DNA of 63,849 nt, the filler included, from Octopus bimaculoides (taxonomy: Eukaryota), in assembly GCF_001194135.2 (NCBI RefSeq). It is 8 parts of 7 records of this genome, joined end to end, with 100 filler letters (N's around TTAATTAATTAA, not from the genome) between each part and the next. Parts side by side here need not be neighbours in the genome. Positions count along the whole stretch, not along the records: positions 34,321 to 51,122 come from NC_068981.1; 7 more parts are not named here. One strand, 5' to 3'. Positions 36,207 through 48,469 of the stretch are shown here, piece after piece. Each line of letters opens with the position of its first letter. Positions within the stretch are counted from its first letter, which is position 1. A program made the position numbers and the translations under genes. Under the pieces are notes generated by a model. It made no database searches, had not been told where the DNA came from, and saw only the letters and a program-made list of their open reading frames with translations.

Positions 36207-37480
36207 CGAGGGGATGCTGAAAAGTTCCTGGCTTAAAAGGTGTCGCGAAAGAGTAGAGCTGTTACTTTTACAGGGAAGTTAGGAAACAACTATTTAGGAG
36301 ATGTACAAAATATCATACTGGTATACAATATATCTTTATCTTTTTTGCAGATATAACGCATGATGGCAGCTCCCACCACGGATTTTGGTAAAATTGAAGC
36401 ATTGGTGGTCATGAAGTTCCTCTTTTTCTAAGGAAAAGAAGCGGTGGAAATCCATGACGAGATGAAGGAAGTCTTGAAGGATGTCTGCCCATCTTACTCC
36501 ACAGTGAAGATGTGGGTGTCAAGGTTTTGGATTGGCCATTTCGAGGTTACAAATGAACCCCGGTCAGAACGACCACCCGTAACTCCAGAGAACAAAGCCG
36601 ACGCTGTGCACGTCCTGACTCCCGAGGACCACCGGATTTCAGCTTAAGTTATAGCCGAGACTCTAGGGATTTCTCGCCAGAGAGTTAGCCATATCACTCC
36701 CAAGGTTATGGACATGAGAAAGCTTTTCACAAAATGGGTTCCAAAATGCCTGAACGCAGATCAGAAGCGCATCAAAATGACAACATCAAAGGCGATTTTG
36801 GACCGGTTTGCAGCGAGAGAGGCTGATTTTGTGGCTCGTTTAGTCACCACAAATGAAACTTAGATTTATCATTATAACAATCAATTGAGTAGCACCACAG
36901 CGGTTCACCGTGTTCCAAGAAATTTTGGACCCAGAAATCATCTGGAAAGATTCTGGCTTAAGTGTTCTGGGACAAAGACGGAGTACTCATCATAAAATAT
37001 CTGCCAAAGGGTCGCACCATTAACAGGGGATACTTCATGTCTTTATTGGATGAACTGCGGGGAAACTTTGAAACAGAAATGCCGTGGAAAGCTGAGCTGT
37101 GGTATCCTTCTTTTGCAGCTCAATGCACCAGCACACACAACAGATGAAATTCTACTGAAAATGCGCGATTTTGGCTTCGAATTGGTAGATCACCCATCGT
37201 ACTCTACTGACTTCGTCCCTTCCAGCTATCACCTCCTTCCACAATTGAAACAATATCTCAAGGGAACAAAATTTCGCTCCAGTTCGGAAGTGATTGCTGC
37301 TACAGAGGCCTGATTGGAGACCCGACCTTCTGAGTTCTTTTTACAGGGCTTAGAAAAGCTGAAGGACCACTGCAGTAAGCGTGTGAATTTCAGAGGGGAA
37401 TATATTGAATAAAGTTATAATTAACTGATCCTCCTCTGTTTTCTTTTACCCAAAGCCAGGAACTTTTCAGTACTCCCTCG
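36207..37480 (+). mobile_element. Full-length mariner (DD34D type) with inactivated transposase, 1274 bp
   Basis: TA|CGAGGGGATGCTGAAAAGTTCCTGGCTT ... AAGCCAGGAACTTTTCAGTACTCCCTCG|TA. Motifs KWVPKCL, VTTNET*I, NAPAH and HPSYSTDFVPSSYHL (WVP and YSPDL motifs). Stops and frameshifts are present. Confidence 0.92.
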
Positions 37481-37499
37481 TATTTAAAAGCGTTAAAAG

Positions 37500-37640
37500 C
37501 ATTAAAATCATATCCGTCGTTTAAGTTCACTTTCGGTTTATCTTTTTTGCAGATTTAACGCTTGATGGCAGCTCCTACCGCGGATTCTGGTAAAATTGAA
37601 ACATGGGCGGTCATGAAGTTCCTCTTTTTCCAAGGCAAAT
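37500..37640 (+). mobile_element. 5' fragment of the same mariner family
   Basis: TTATCTTTTTTGCAGATTTAACGCTTGATGGCAGCTCCTACCGCGG... parallels 36335-36430. Confidence 0.8.
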
Positions 37641-38641
37641 CCATTAGAGATAATTTATTAATTAATCTACTAAAGGCACAAGCATGAAATTTTGGCGGGA
37701 AGCGGCTAGATGGTTATATCAATTCAGTGATCGAATGGTACTTATTTTATCGACTTCGAAAGGATGAGAGTTAAAGTCAATGGAATATGAACCCAGAAGA
37801 GTAATAACGAGCGAAATACTTTTAAGCGTTTTGACACGTCAACAAAAAGTTTTTAAGGGTTCGCAGAGTTATTTCCCCTGAAATATTTGACAGCTGCGAA
37901 TTACCCGTTCGTTCGTTGCAAAATGGTTAGAATAAGGTAGCACAAGTCATTTCAACTATTAACTAAAGACGTTGAACAAATGAAGAATATTCGTCTTCAT
38001 TATGAGATTGTAATAATATTCATTTATAAAATATGTATTTTCACATTTCCGTCGATATTTATGCTACAAATACAACTGTCTGGATACAGGAAAAAAATCT
38101 TGCCCACTTAATTGTCAAACTTATATATTCTCTGTCCCTGCAATAGTTAGCCCTTGTCGGATCTAGCCGCACTTAAATACGATATCCAGTCGTCTCTCCT
38201 CTTCTCGGCATGCTGACTATATCTCATCTAAATTCCTCGAACAAAATATTTAGCCCTAGTGCTTACCTCCAATGGTGACCTCGACAATATTATATACTTA
38301 GCCATACTTGCTCAGATTATATAAATAAATAAATAATAGATTAATAAATAAATTTAAAATACTAGGATGGCAAAGAAATTATTAAAAGAGTAAGAACAGT
38401 ACTTTTATCTCCCATAAATTTAACATTATTTAGGCAACACAAGCCCTGCACAGGAAACGAAGGGAATGATGGCTTCAAATTTTGACCCTTGACAGATAAA
38501 CTATAGATATTACGTGGATAATCTAATGTCCATCTTGTTTTCTTTTTGTAGAAATTCAGATGTATATTATGTAACAACATCTCATTTAATCAGTTGTAAA
38601 ACTGCTTTTTTTTTGTCAGAGATTAAGCTTCCTAATTAGAT

Positions 38642-39375
38642 CAGGGGTCGCAGAACTTTTTTTAACCAGTTACCCCAAAATATATTTATTTACGCCGACG
38701 TTACACCCTTGATTTGAAAGGAAGAACATCATAGGTTTATCGAATCTATTATAAATATAAAAAATATATTGAATCTAATATAAATATGAAAAGCATAAAA
38801 CGAATGCGATAAAATAAATTAATGTTCTCATTATGAAACAAAAGGATTTTTCTAGGAACTTTTTGATCACTACAGGTTTTGGAGAAATGATGTTTCATTT
38901 TTCTTACAATTGCATCAAAATTGAGGCATTTTGATGCCAGAGTAATTTGGATAGTCTTCGGGATCCAATCAATTCCTCTGCTTTGTTTTTATGTTCATTA
39001 GAGTGGAAAGTCCTTGTTTGCAAAGGTAAGTTGATGCAAAAGGCAGCAACTTTTTGACTGTCTCCCCTTGTGTAGTTTTGAAAGCCTTTGCTGCAGTTGA
39101 CATCGAAAAATGTAACAGATCTGCATTGTTTTCAAATTCAATGTGCTTCATTATTGGATCGAAGTTCAAGAGACCCTTGAGGCTATTCTGGAACATCAGC
39201 AATTTCACATTTAAAGGCATCTACAACCCAACTGACAGTATGTGAATCAAGATCTAGAAAGTAATCAGAGAAGCACTCTTTCAGTTTTGTAAGATGCCTT
39301 ATAACTGTATCCTTGCAAAAGTAAGGGCTAACTTTGAAAAGGCAGCTATCTTGTTTTGTTTTGCTTTCTGTCTCC
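38642..39375 (-). mobile_element. hAT-Charlie/Buster-type transposon 3' part
   Basis: CAGGGGTCGCAGAAC terminus. The minus strand reads LLPFASTYLCKQGLSTLMNIKTKQRN (Charlie-type dimerisation region). Confidence 0.8.
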
Positions 39376-39671
39376 AATATAAAAGCTTTTACTTATATCT
39401 TTTACTTTTATTATTATTGTTCAGTAGTTTTATTTTTATAACGTGCTTTCACTTCACTACCGAGCGCAGCTCTGTGCGCCTTGGGTATGTGCTGTGGTTT
39501 GCTGTGGTGCTCTTATGTTTACTGTATTGAAAGTGTTTTGCGTAGAATGTGTGCAGTACCCAGTAGTGCAATTTTCTGTATGTTATATATATTTGTAAGT
39601 CCTGGTGTTTTTGTTATGTATTTGTCTGAATATTTTTTTATTATACCTATTATTATACCTTTTATTATACC

Positions 39672-39741
<70 letters not shown>

Positions 39742-39761
39742 TGTTGTTGTTGTTGTTGTTG

Positions 39762-40990
39762 ATCCTGAAAGGCCGGGCAGAATTGCCGAATGCCTACATC
39801 ACAGTGCCATTAGTTATCGTCTGACCGTTGTGCCTTGCCCCAGTTATAGCTTGATTAGATTGGAACATATTCTGTTTATTTTCTTGCGGAAAGGACGCGT
39901 TCCAGTGATCAGGCGGTCAATCTGCTGTCAACTTCCTTTGTGTGGCGGCTTAGGCATGCCATGGATTTTAATGCGCAGACACATACTCAGGTTGCGTCAC
40001 CTGCAGCGATTTCTAGAAGGTGAACGTGTGTGGGCTCCGTTTGTGAGACACATTTTTCCGTAGCTCCTCTCCTTGACGGAGCTGCAGTCTTGGGGAAAGG
40101 ATAGGCCGAAACTGGGCGCCTGGCACTTACAATATAGTCAGGCGCTCACTGACCTCTACAAGTCGGGCAACAGGATCGGTGGATGTTCCACTTTAGATAT
40201 TTACAGAAGATTAGTAGCGGGGATGAGTGACGACGCCCTCGGGGAGACCCTAGGCGTCGACGAAGACGAACCGGCAAGTCTATTCCGGAGGACTTTCCGG
40301 TTGGGGCCTCTTATGGATAATCTCCAGCTGTCTTTGACCTGGCAGTGCTACTGAGCGGGGGCGCCACCAGTTCGAGATAAACTCAACAGACACGGATGTG
40401 CAATCAGATGGGCTTGTCCGAGGTGCTCGCTGAGCGACGAAACCGTTCTGCATGCACTCGTTCAGTGTCCGAGCATTGCTGACCTGTGGAGTTATGTCGA
40501 ACAGCTGTTGTCATGTGTAGGACAGATCCGTCTGTCGTCCGAGTTCATAATTATGATTGCCCCACCACTCTCCTTTAATCGGGCTGGCAAGGCAGTTCTC
40601 CTTTGTCTGGTGGATGTGGCAAAAGAGGTTATCTGGTGAACGAGGCTGAAAGGAATGAGGACACAAACTTTCCTCTTTGGTAAAGCACTCATTGACTTTT
40701 TCAAGTGTCACTTGAAAAGGAAAGTGAGGGTGGAGATGGAGGTGCTGTCCTCGAGTGAATTTATCAAAAGGTGGGTGAAAGTTGCGAAAATGGTAAGAGT
40801 GGATGGTATCACTCTAAGTGCAGCCCTATGAGGCGGAAGAAAGGATTTGGTATTCAGGGTGATCTTAGATGGTGAGGTTCCTTGATTATCCTTAGAGGAC
40901 TTCCTGTATCAGGGGGTCACCATCACTATCCTTTCCCCCCCTCCTTCTAGTGGCGCATACTATGTATAATTCCCTTCTTCTAATGTATAT
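39762..40990 (+). mobile_element. L1/Tx1-like LINE ORF2 C-terminal half and 3' UTR
   Basis: LKGRAE...YRLTVVPCP...GGLGMPW...WQCY...CPRCSLSDETVLHALVQCP (zf-RVT-like). It is followed by an (ATT)n tract. Confidence 0.85.
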
Positions 40991-40999
40991 CGTGTATAC

Positions 41000-41064
<65 letters not shown>

Positions 41065-41065
<1 letters not shown>

Positions 41066-41312
41066 TTATGTTTGACTTTTGTTTTGCATTTGTACAAGTT
41101 GGATCCAACTCTCATCCAAAGACCTCAAGAGACAACAAGTTAGAAGTTTATGTAGGTGTTATGCCTAGGGTACCATATATTTGGATTTGTACAGTTTTGT
41201 TCTAGTGAATGTTTAAGAAACCATAAGAAAATTATGTGTTTGTTTTAAAATTTGAGATCACATAGACAGTATTTTACGTAGGATATGGGCAGTTCCCATG
41301 AGCACTATCTTT
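41065..41312 (-). mobile_element. R4/Dong-like LINE extreme 3' end
   Basis: The minus strand reads QKIVLMGTAHILRKILSM*, then 3' UTR and an (AAT)n tail. Confidence 0.8.
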
Positions 41313-41315
41313 TGA

Positions 41316-41317
<2 letters not shown>

Positions 41318-41346
<29 letters not shown>

Positions 41347-41403
41347 CTTCTTCTTCTTCTTCTTCTTCTTCTTCTTCTTCTTCTTCTTCTTCTTCTTCTT
41401 CTT

Positions 41404-41432
<29 letters not shown>
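41318..41432. repeat. (CTT)n microsatellite
   Basis: Directly visible. Confidence 0.95.
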
Positions 41433-41434
<2 letters not shown>

Positions 41435-43904
41435 TATTAAAAAAAAAAACATATCTAGCATATGTTCGAAGTCCCTTCTAGAAAGCATAATGCTATTTCG
41501 CAGACAATGTTCAAATCGATGATGATAAATAATTGCCAACCTATTTATGGCAATACGTCATATATAGATTTGGTTAATAAAGATAGAATAATCAAAACCA
41601 AGCTTGAAAAACATGGTAGACAGAATTTACCTCTTACAAGACAATATTGCAAATGTTGCCACTAGTACTGCTTGTGAGGCCAACATCTCGGACAGTCGAT
41701 GGAACTATCAATGAAATATATTCTAGTGACATTGCAAATTTCACATGATTATCACATCAGCAAGAAAACCAAACTCTAAGAAGCAACCACCACTTGATGA
41801 TATCCCACACGATCTAACAACAACTGTATGCATCTACATTTGAAGAATTATGGATGAAAAATACTTTGGATAACAGTAATGGCTATTTTGTCTGAGGATT
41901 TGATAATGACCTTCCACTACTACGTTAAAATCATCCTCGACATCACACATACTTCAAGGCTCATCTTTGACCCAGTACAAAGTATTTCTCAAAGGTTCCA
42001 ACATTGTCGTCAACAAAGACACACGGCATAGTCTATGATGTGTGATAATAACAGATGTCTGAAAAGAAATTGGAAGTCATGGATATCGACTGAGTAAACC
42101 TTAAGACTATATGCCTTCATCACTCTTATACTAAAGAATGAGCTTGAATATCTACTAAATAAACAATGTATTTTTTTAAATATTAAATATTCGATGCTTA
42201 TAGATAAAGGAAAAAATGATCGGCAAATTTATTAGGAGTGGCTTATAATCTACACAAAATGATTTCTATGTCTTCACTGCTATATTTTCTCATTCATCTC
42301 AAACAGAAAACTGTTGATCGTCGGAGGATATACGGATCAACAATTTTCATGAATGGAATATAATCACAAAAAAGGCCTTTTGAATGAAACTGTGTTAATT
42401 CATATGCAATAAACACTCTCTCACAAGAGAAGGGATCTAGTATGTTGATTCTTAATTTATGGAAATCTCAAAACTTTAAAAATAAAAATAAAAAATAACT
42501 TAAGTCAAGAAAGTTAGCAGTCTATTTACAATGAAAGCATTTATTGAACTTATACAATGTCCCTCCAAACATATTGTGAGAATATTTAAAATGAAGACTT
42601 GATGAACTGAGGGTGTGAGTTTTCCAGAAAATACCCGTCTGTAGAGTTTACCTAGGACGTTCCTGAAGAAAACAAAATGGAAATAGAAAACTCATTGAAC
42701 TCGGTGCAAGATGGAAATACAACCAATCTTAAAGTGTTCCATTCATATTTGTTTATAATTTTTCCGTAAACTCAGATGACAAGGAAAAACTGAAAACGAT
42801 GTGTTAAATATATCATGTGTATAAACACAAATTTTCAAATTGTGCATGATTTGAATGTAAGATCCAACTTTATATATTATATAAGATAGGCCAACGAAAT
42901 AACGCAATTTTGACTGCAATGTTCGATTATATCAGTTGTGGTGCAACCAAAGAGTATCACTTCTGTAACATGGCAATTTTTTCCTCCCATACAATGTTAA
43001 TGTGTATTGACAAATATAAAGAATTAACGACGCGAAGAATGTAGCGTTAGAAAAAGACAGTTTTCTGGAAGTTTTCTCCCTTACTATTCTAAATTCATTT
43101 AGCTTCAAGTGACGTATTCTCATAAATAGAATAAGCGGGTGATTTTTATTTAGGAATAATGTATCGTGCACCTCAAATAAAAGTCATAAAACTATTGTTG
43201 TTGTGAATTATTATGTAAACCATTTAACACTCCTTAATCAACTGCAAATTTACATTTTGTCATTGGAAGACATGAGAATATCCAGTTAAAACTATTCAAT
43301 CAAAATAAAATTGTTTAAAACAAAATAGAATAACAGAACAGCTTAAACGTTACCAAATTGGTTAACATGTAAGAGCTGGTTTACAAATCTGCTAAACTTC
43401 AAGTTGAGGACATAGAGTGAAACTAAAGTCTCCTACAGTTAAAAAAAAATTGGAGCATGAATCAAAATATCATGTACTGAAAGATAAGGAAATAATTCTA
43501 TTCTCAACGCAGGATAATGCTAATAATATAGTATGATGAACAGGATAAACTACTGAATGTAATGCGAAAGAGCGTTAACTTTTTTCTTTACAGACATAGG
43601 TCGTTCATGTTTCATATGCCTATGTAGAAGCAATGTTTCATATGCCTATGTACACGCAAAAAGGCATCGAAGATCTTTTTATTCTTCTATTCATTTACCT
43701 GTTCCAGTCATTTGACTGCGGCCATGCTGGAACACCGCCTTGAAGGGGTTTTAGTCGAACATATCGACTCCGGTTCTTATTTTTAAAGCCTAATACTTAT
43801 TCTATCGGTATACCTAGCCGAAACGCTTAGTTACGTGAACGAAAACACAACACCGGTTGTGAAATGGTGATAGGACAAACACTGACACACAGACACACAC
43901 TTAT

Positions 43905-43975
<71 letters not shown>

Positions 43976-44965
43976 ATTAGTAGACGGAAACTGAAAGAGG
44001 CCCGTTGTCGTAAGATATATAGACATGAGTGTATTTAGGCCTCTTTCAGTTTCCATCTATCAATTCCACTCACACACACACATGCATATATATATGTGTG
44101 TGTGTATGTCTTTATGTCAGTGCTTGTTCCCTCAGCACCGTTTGACAACCGGTGTTGTTGTGTTTATGTCTACGTAACTAAGCATTTCGGCAAGGGGGGC
44201 GATAGAATAAGTACTAGGCTTAAAAAATTTGTTAGATGGAAACTGAAAGAATCCTGTAGTATTTATATATATATATATATATATATNNNNNNNNNNNNNN
44301 NNNNNNNNNNNNNNNNNNNNNNNNNNNNNNNNNNNNNNNNNNNNNNNNNNNNNNNNNNNNNNNNNNNNNNNNNNNNNNNNNNNNNNNNNNNNNNNNNNNN
44401 NNNNNNNNNNNNNNNNNNNNNNNNNNNNNNNNNNNNNNNNNNNNNNNNNNNNNNNNNNNNNNNNNNNNNNNNNNNNNNNNNNNNNNNNNNNNNNNNNNNN
44501 NNNNNNNNNNNNNNNGTAAAAGAGTAAAAAGAGAGAGTATATATATATATATAGTATATATATATGTATATATATATATATATGTATGTGTCTGTGTTTC
44601 TCCCCCCACCATCGCTTGACAACCGATGCTGGTGTGTTTACGTCCCCGTAACTTAGCGGTTCGGCAAAAAGAAAAGAGACCGATAGAATAGTACTAGGCT
44701 TACAAAGAATAAGTCCTGGGGTCGATTTGCTCGACTAAAGGTGGTGCTCCAGCATGGCCGCAGTCAAATGATTGAAACAAGTAAAAGAGTAAAAAGAGAG
44801 AGTATATATATATATATAGTATATATATATGTATATATATATATATATAAATCTTTAGTTAAATATATTTAATGAGGATATTATATCCTGAATTTATATT
44901 GAGTGGTCTATTGTATCAAAGTATTAATACTATCAAAGTATTTATGTATTTAATACGAGTGGTCA

Positions 44966-45531
44966 TATATATATATTATAATATATTATTATTAATATCA
45001 GGAAATCAATATTAGAAAATTCATCGGAAAGATATATACATGTGTAGAATAATTGTTCTATTAGAACTATATGTAAAAATATATGTAAATATGTATAAGT
45101 ATAAATATATAATATAATAATAATAAACATGTCAGTTTAAAAATTTTGAATTAAGTTTTAAAGCATCTTACGATCGTTTCACAATAGCGCTGTCCTAATA
45201 ATGGAATCCTCAATAAATTCAAAATATATACAAATACAAATTCAAAATTTTATATCTCTGAAGAGCAGAAGAGTTGTCTATAAATGATTATCAATATAGG
45301 ATTCCATTATTAGGACAGCATTTTTATGAAACGATCGTAAGATGCTTTAAAATTTAATTCAAAATTTTTTAACTGATATGTTTATGATTGTTATATTATA
45401 TATTTATACTTATACATATTTACATATATTTTTATATATAGTTCTAATACAACAATTATTCTACACATGTATATATCTTTCCGATGAATTTTCTAATATT
45501 GATTTCCTGATATTAATAATAATATATTATA

Positions 45532-45545
<14 letters not shown>
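44966..45545. mobile_element. Fold-back element with ~245-bp inverted arms and an 87-bp spacer (Penelope-like inverted terminal repeat)
   Basis: 44966-45210 is the reverse complement of 45298-45545 at roughly 95% identity (estimated by eye). Confidence 0.9.
45254..45343 (+). ncRNA. Type I hammerhead ribozyme motif with an intact catalytic core
   Basis: Stem I ATCT/AGAT. CTGAAGA at 45258-45264. Long, imperfect stem II (GTTGTCT/GGACAGC). GAAA at 45328-45331, then C-GATC-G (palindromic minimal stem III). Triplet GTA, with predicted cleavage after 45339. Confidence 0.8.
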
Positions 45546-45565
<20 letters not shown>

Positions 45566-45582
45566 GTATGTATGCATATATG

Positions 45583-46265
45583 TGTAGGGGAAAAAGGTGT
45601 AGCACAAGATGTTGCGGTAGCAGATGAAATAGGCATATGGATGACTTCAAAGTAAAACAATAGAAACACATCGGTTTGTAGTTTAAATAATTTATTTAAG
45701 CGACACTTGCATTTATCTGTTGTGTACACAAACATTTCACTACATCACATCATTACCAACTGCTTCGAGCTGACCAAGAAATTAACAGGGTACATACTGT
45801 GGATACGATAGGGCGGACATGTTTTGTGCCTGTGTGTGCGTTAGTCATTCAGTGGTGTCTGTTTAGGTTCTGTGATACCGACGGTCGTTCATGTTCAATA
45901 TCTGCTTCTCTGCTGTTAGTTTCACTGGAGCTCTCCCTCTGTCTCTGACTGTGACTGGTTCTCTCACTGATTCTCAATCTGACTTTCTGTCTCTTGATGG
46001 ATTGCCGTATTTTATAACGGTCGTGACAGCTAGAAGGACAGACATACCAGAGGAGAAATTCCTACTTAAGTAAGTCACCTTCTGTCCACTTGAACCTTAA
46101 ATGACACGGATGAGGTCGAATGTCGAAGGGAAATAATCTATCATTTTTTTGAGAGGACAAAGAAATTTCTTTCGCGCCATTTTGGTCAGTGGTGGATCAG
46201 ACGAACGAGAATCCTCAGATTCGGTTTCGAATCTAAGCTCGGAAAAAGGAAGTGTTGGTTTTTAC

Positions 46266-46266
<1 letters not shown>
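45583..46266 (-). mobile_element. Probable solo LTR (684 bp)
   Basis: TGTA...TACA termini with TATG/TATG flanks (4-bp TSD, though inside a TATG-rich tract). CpG-rich. The minus strand has TATAAAA (~46010) and AATAAA (~45692). Confidence 0.55.
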
Positions 46267-46320
<54 letters not shown>

Positions 46321-46744
46321 ACGGGCCTCTTTCAGTTTTCGTCTACAAAATCCACTCACAAGGCTTCGTCAGCCCGAAGCTATAGTAGAAGACACTTGCC
46401 CAAAGTACCATAAAGTGGGACTGAACTCGGAACCATGTATTTGGAAAGCAAGCTTTTTACCTCACAGCAACGCTATAAGTTCTGTATACAAAACAAAATT
46501 TAATTTTTAAAAAATGTACAACAGTCACTCGCTACTGGTAACTTAGTATCAACATGCACCATGCTTTCGCTAACGTTTCATGTGCCCATGCAGATGCGAG
46601 CAAACATAAACACTCTATCGACTCTCCTGCAAACGATTCAGCGGAACAATTAGGATGTGACGATGGAGGGTAAGAAGACTGCACCAGTTTTGTGATAGTA
46701 CTTCACTTATCAGCACAAAAAGAATAAATGTTCAAGTTAACCTG

Positions 46745-47400
46745 AGTGACATTTGCACATGATGAAAAATGGATTGTGTACGAAAACATAGTGCGAAAAA
46801 GACACTGGAGTTTATGTAAGGACCTCCCAAAACAACAACCAGAGACTAACATACATGCCAAAAAACTATGCTTTGTGTTTGGTGGGATCATAAAGGCATT
46901 ACTATGAGCTTCTCCCACAAAACCAGACCATTAATTCTGATGTGTACTGTCGTCGGATGCTAATTTGAATAAAAAAATCAAAGAACTGAGACCGCAGATT
47001 GCCAAAAGAAAAGGGGTAGTGTTTCAATAAGACAATGCCCGACATGTGTCTGTGGCTATCCGAACAAAGTTACATGAACTTCGCAGGGATCTTTTACCCC
47101 ATCCACCATATTCTCCTGATATTGTGCCATCCAACTACTACTTGTTTTTATCTCTACAAAACTCATAGCAAGGAAAAACATTTAACGATTTAGATGGAGT
47201 CAAAATGCATCTAGATAACATTTTTTCTTCAAAACGAGTCAAATTTTATGCTGGTGGAATATTTAAATTGCCTGATAGATGGGCAAAGGTCATTAATAAT
47301 AATGGAAATTATTTCATAGAATAAAATTTATTGAAAGGTCAATTATTTGTACCCCTATTTGCATATTAAAAGACGCCAGAACTTTCCGGACAATCTAATA
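46745..47400 (+). mobile_element. mariner 3' half, pseudogene
   Basis: HDEKWIVYEN..RKRHW, LCVWWD..G..YELL, DNARH, HPPYSPDIVPSNYYLF. The terminus CTTTCCGGACAATCTAATA is shared with 59393-59829. Confidence 0.88.
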
Positions 47401-47864
47401 ATATCTCAGCATATTCTCTCTGAAGCTCAGCGACGCTGACGATCGGCAGCTGCCTTCTACATTCACCATACATGATATACACCCACTCACTACCATAAAT
47501 ATACATACATGTCTGCGTATGTATATGTATGTGTGTGTGTGTTCATTGTATTAAAATTGTAATGTCTTCCTATACGTGTAAATAAACATATGTATGTATG
47601 TATGTATGTATGTGTAAGTGTGCGTGTAAATATGCATTTGTGTAAGCGTGCGTGTATATGAGAGAATGAGTGTAGTGAGTGCTTGTCGGTGTGTCTGTGT
47701 GTGTCTGTGTGTGTGAGACCTACATGAGGGAAAACAATTGCTCTTTAGTTGAAGTCTCTGACACTTTCTGTTTTCCTTTGATGATATGCCTAAACGGAAG
47801 ATTCGATTGTGTAGTTCTAATTTCTAAAACAATGATAACAATGACAAAAGCATATACACCGAAG

Positions 47865-47889
47865 TTTCGCGCGCGCGAAAACACACACA

Positions 47890-47928
<39 letters not shown>

Positions 47929-48057
47929 ACAGACACAAACACTCACAAACGCACACACATATACATACACTTATTTATGCAAGGAAATTATTGGATGAAA
48001 AAAAAAAAAAAAACGGCTGCTGCATATAAAATGTCACGAATTCTTTAGTTCACAGTT
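47865..48057 (+). promoter_or_regulatory. Core promoter of the EF-hand gene (TATA + Inr; upstream CG palindrome)
   Basis: TATAAAA at 48025-48031. CAGTT Inr-like motif with A at 48054, 29 nt downstream. No ATG occurs between it and 48164. Perfect palindrome TTTCGCGCGCGCGAAA at 47865-47880. Confidence 0.55.
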
Positions 48058-48163
48058 CGTAGCGCAGAAATTAAGAACGTTCGACTTCAACTTCTACACA
48101 ACTTGTGAATCTTGTACTATCTCGTCTTTAGATTTTTCTTTCTGAAAATATAACACATAAGAA

Positions 48164-48298
48164 ATGGGTCTGACAAAACAAGAATGGGAAGCAATGTTCG
48201 ATGAAATTGATAAAAGCAAGGATGGAAGTTTGTCGGTTGAAGAACTTGATGTTGGCCTCAAAGCTAGAAACATTCATGTCAGCAAAATGGCACTAAAG
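48164..48298 (+). CDS. First coding exon of a small EF-hand Ca2+-binding (calmodulin-like) protein
   Basis: MGLTKQEWEAMFDEIDKSKDGSLSVEELDVGLKARNIHVSKMALK|GTTAGT. The 12-residue loop DKSKDGSLSVEE (D1, S3, D5, G6, L8, S9, E12) is canonical and lies between helices. Phase-0 donor. Too short for the ORF track. Confidence 0.8.
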
Positions 48299-48469
48299 GT
48301 TAGTGATTTAACTTGGATCAACACAATAAGCATACACAAATAACACGTACACACACACAAACACATCCATATACAATAGCTTCCACAAGCTCAGGCTGTG
48401 AAAAAATCTGTGTTCGTGTGTCTGTATGCATGTATATGCATATGTATGCATATGTGCATATTTGGCCGG

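Noticed and set aside
41450-42170. Possible very old Tc1/maT-like transposase remnant (MDEKYF-like)
   Set aside because: No TIRs or second diagnostic motif could be confirmed.
42770-42805. CAGATGA...GAAAAC as a decayed hammerhead
   Set aside because: It needs several substitutions and the stems do not pair.
44516-44850. ~65-bp direct repeat flanking a SINE as a giant TSD
   Set aside because: It is SINE tail plus microsatellite next to a gap, most likely a tandem copy or an assembly overlap.
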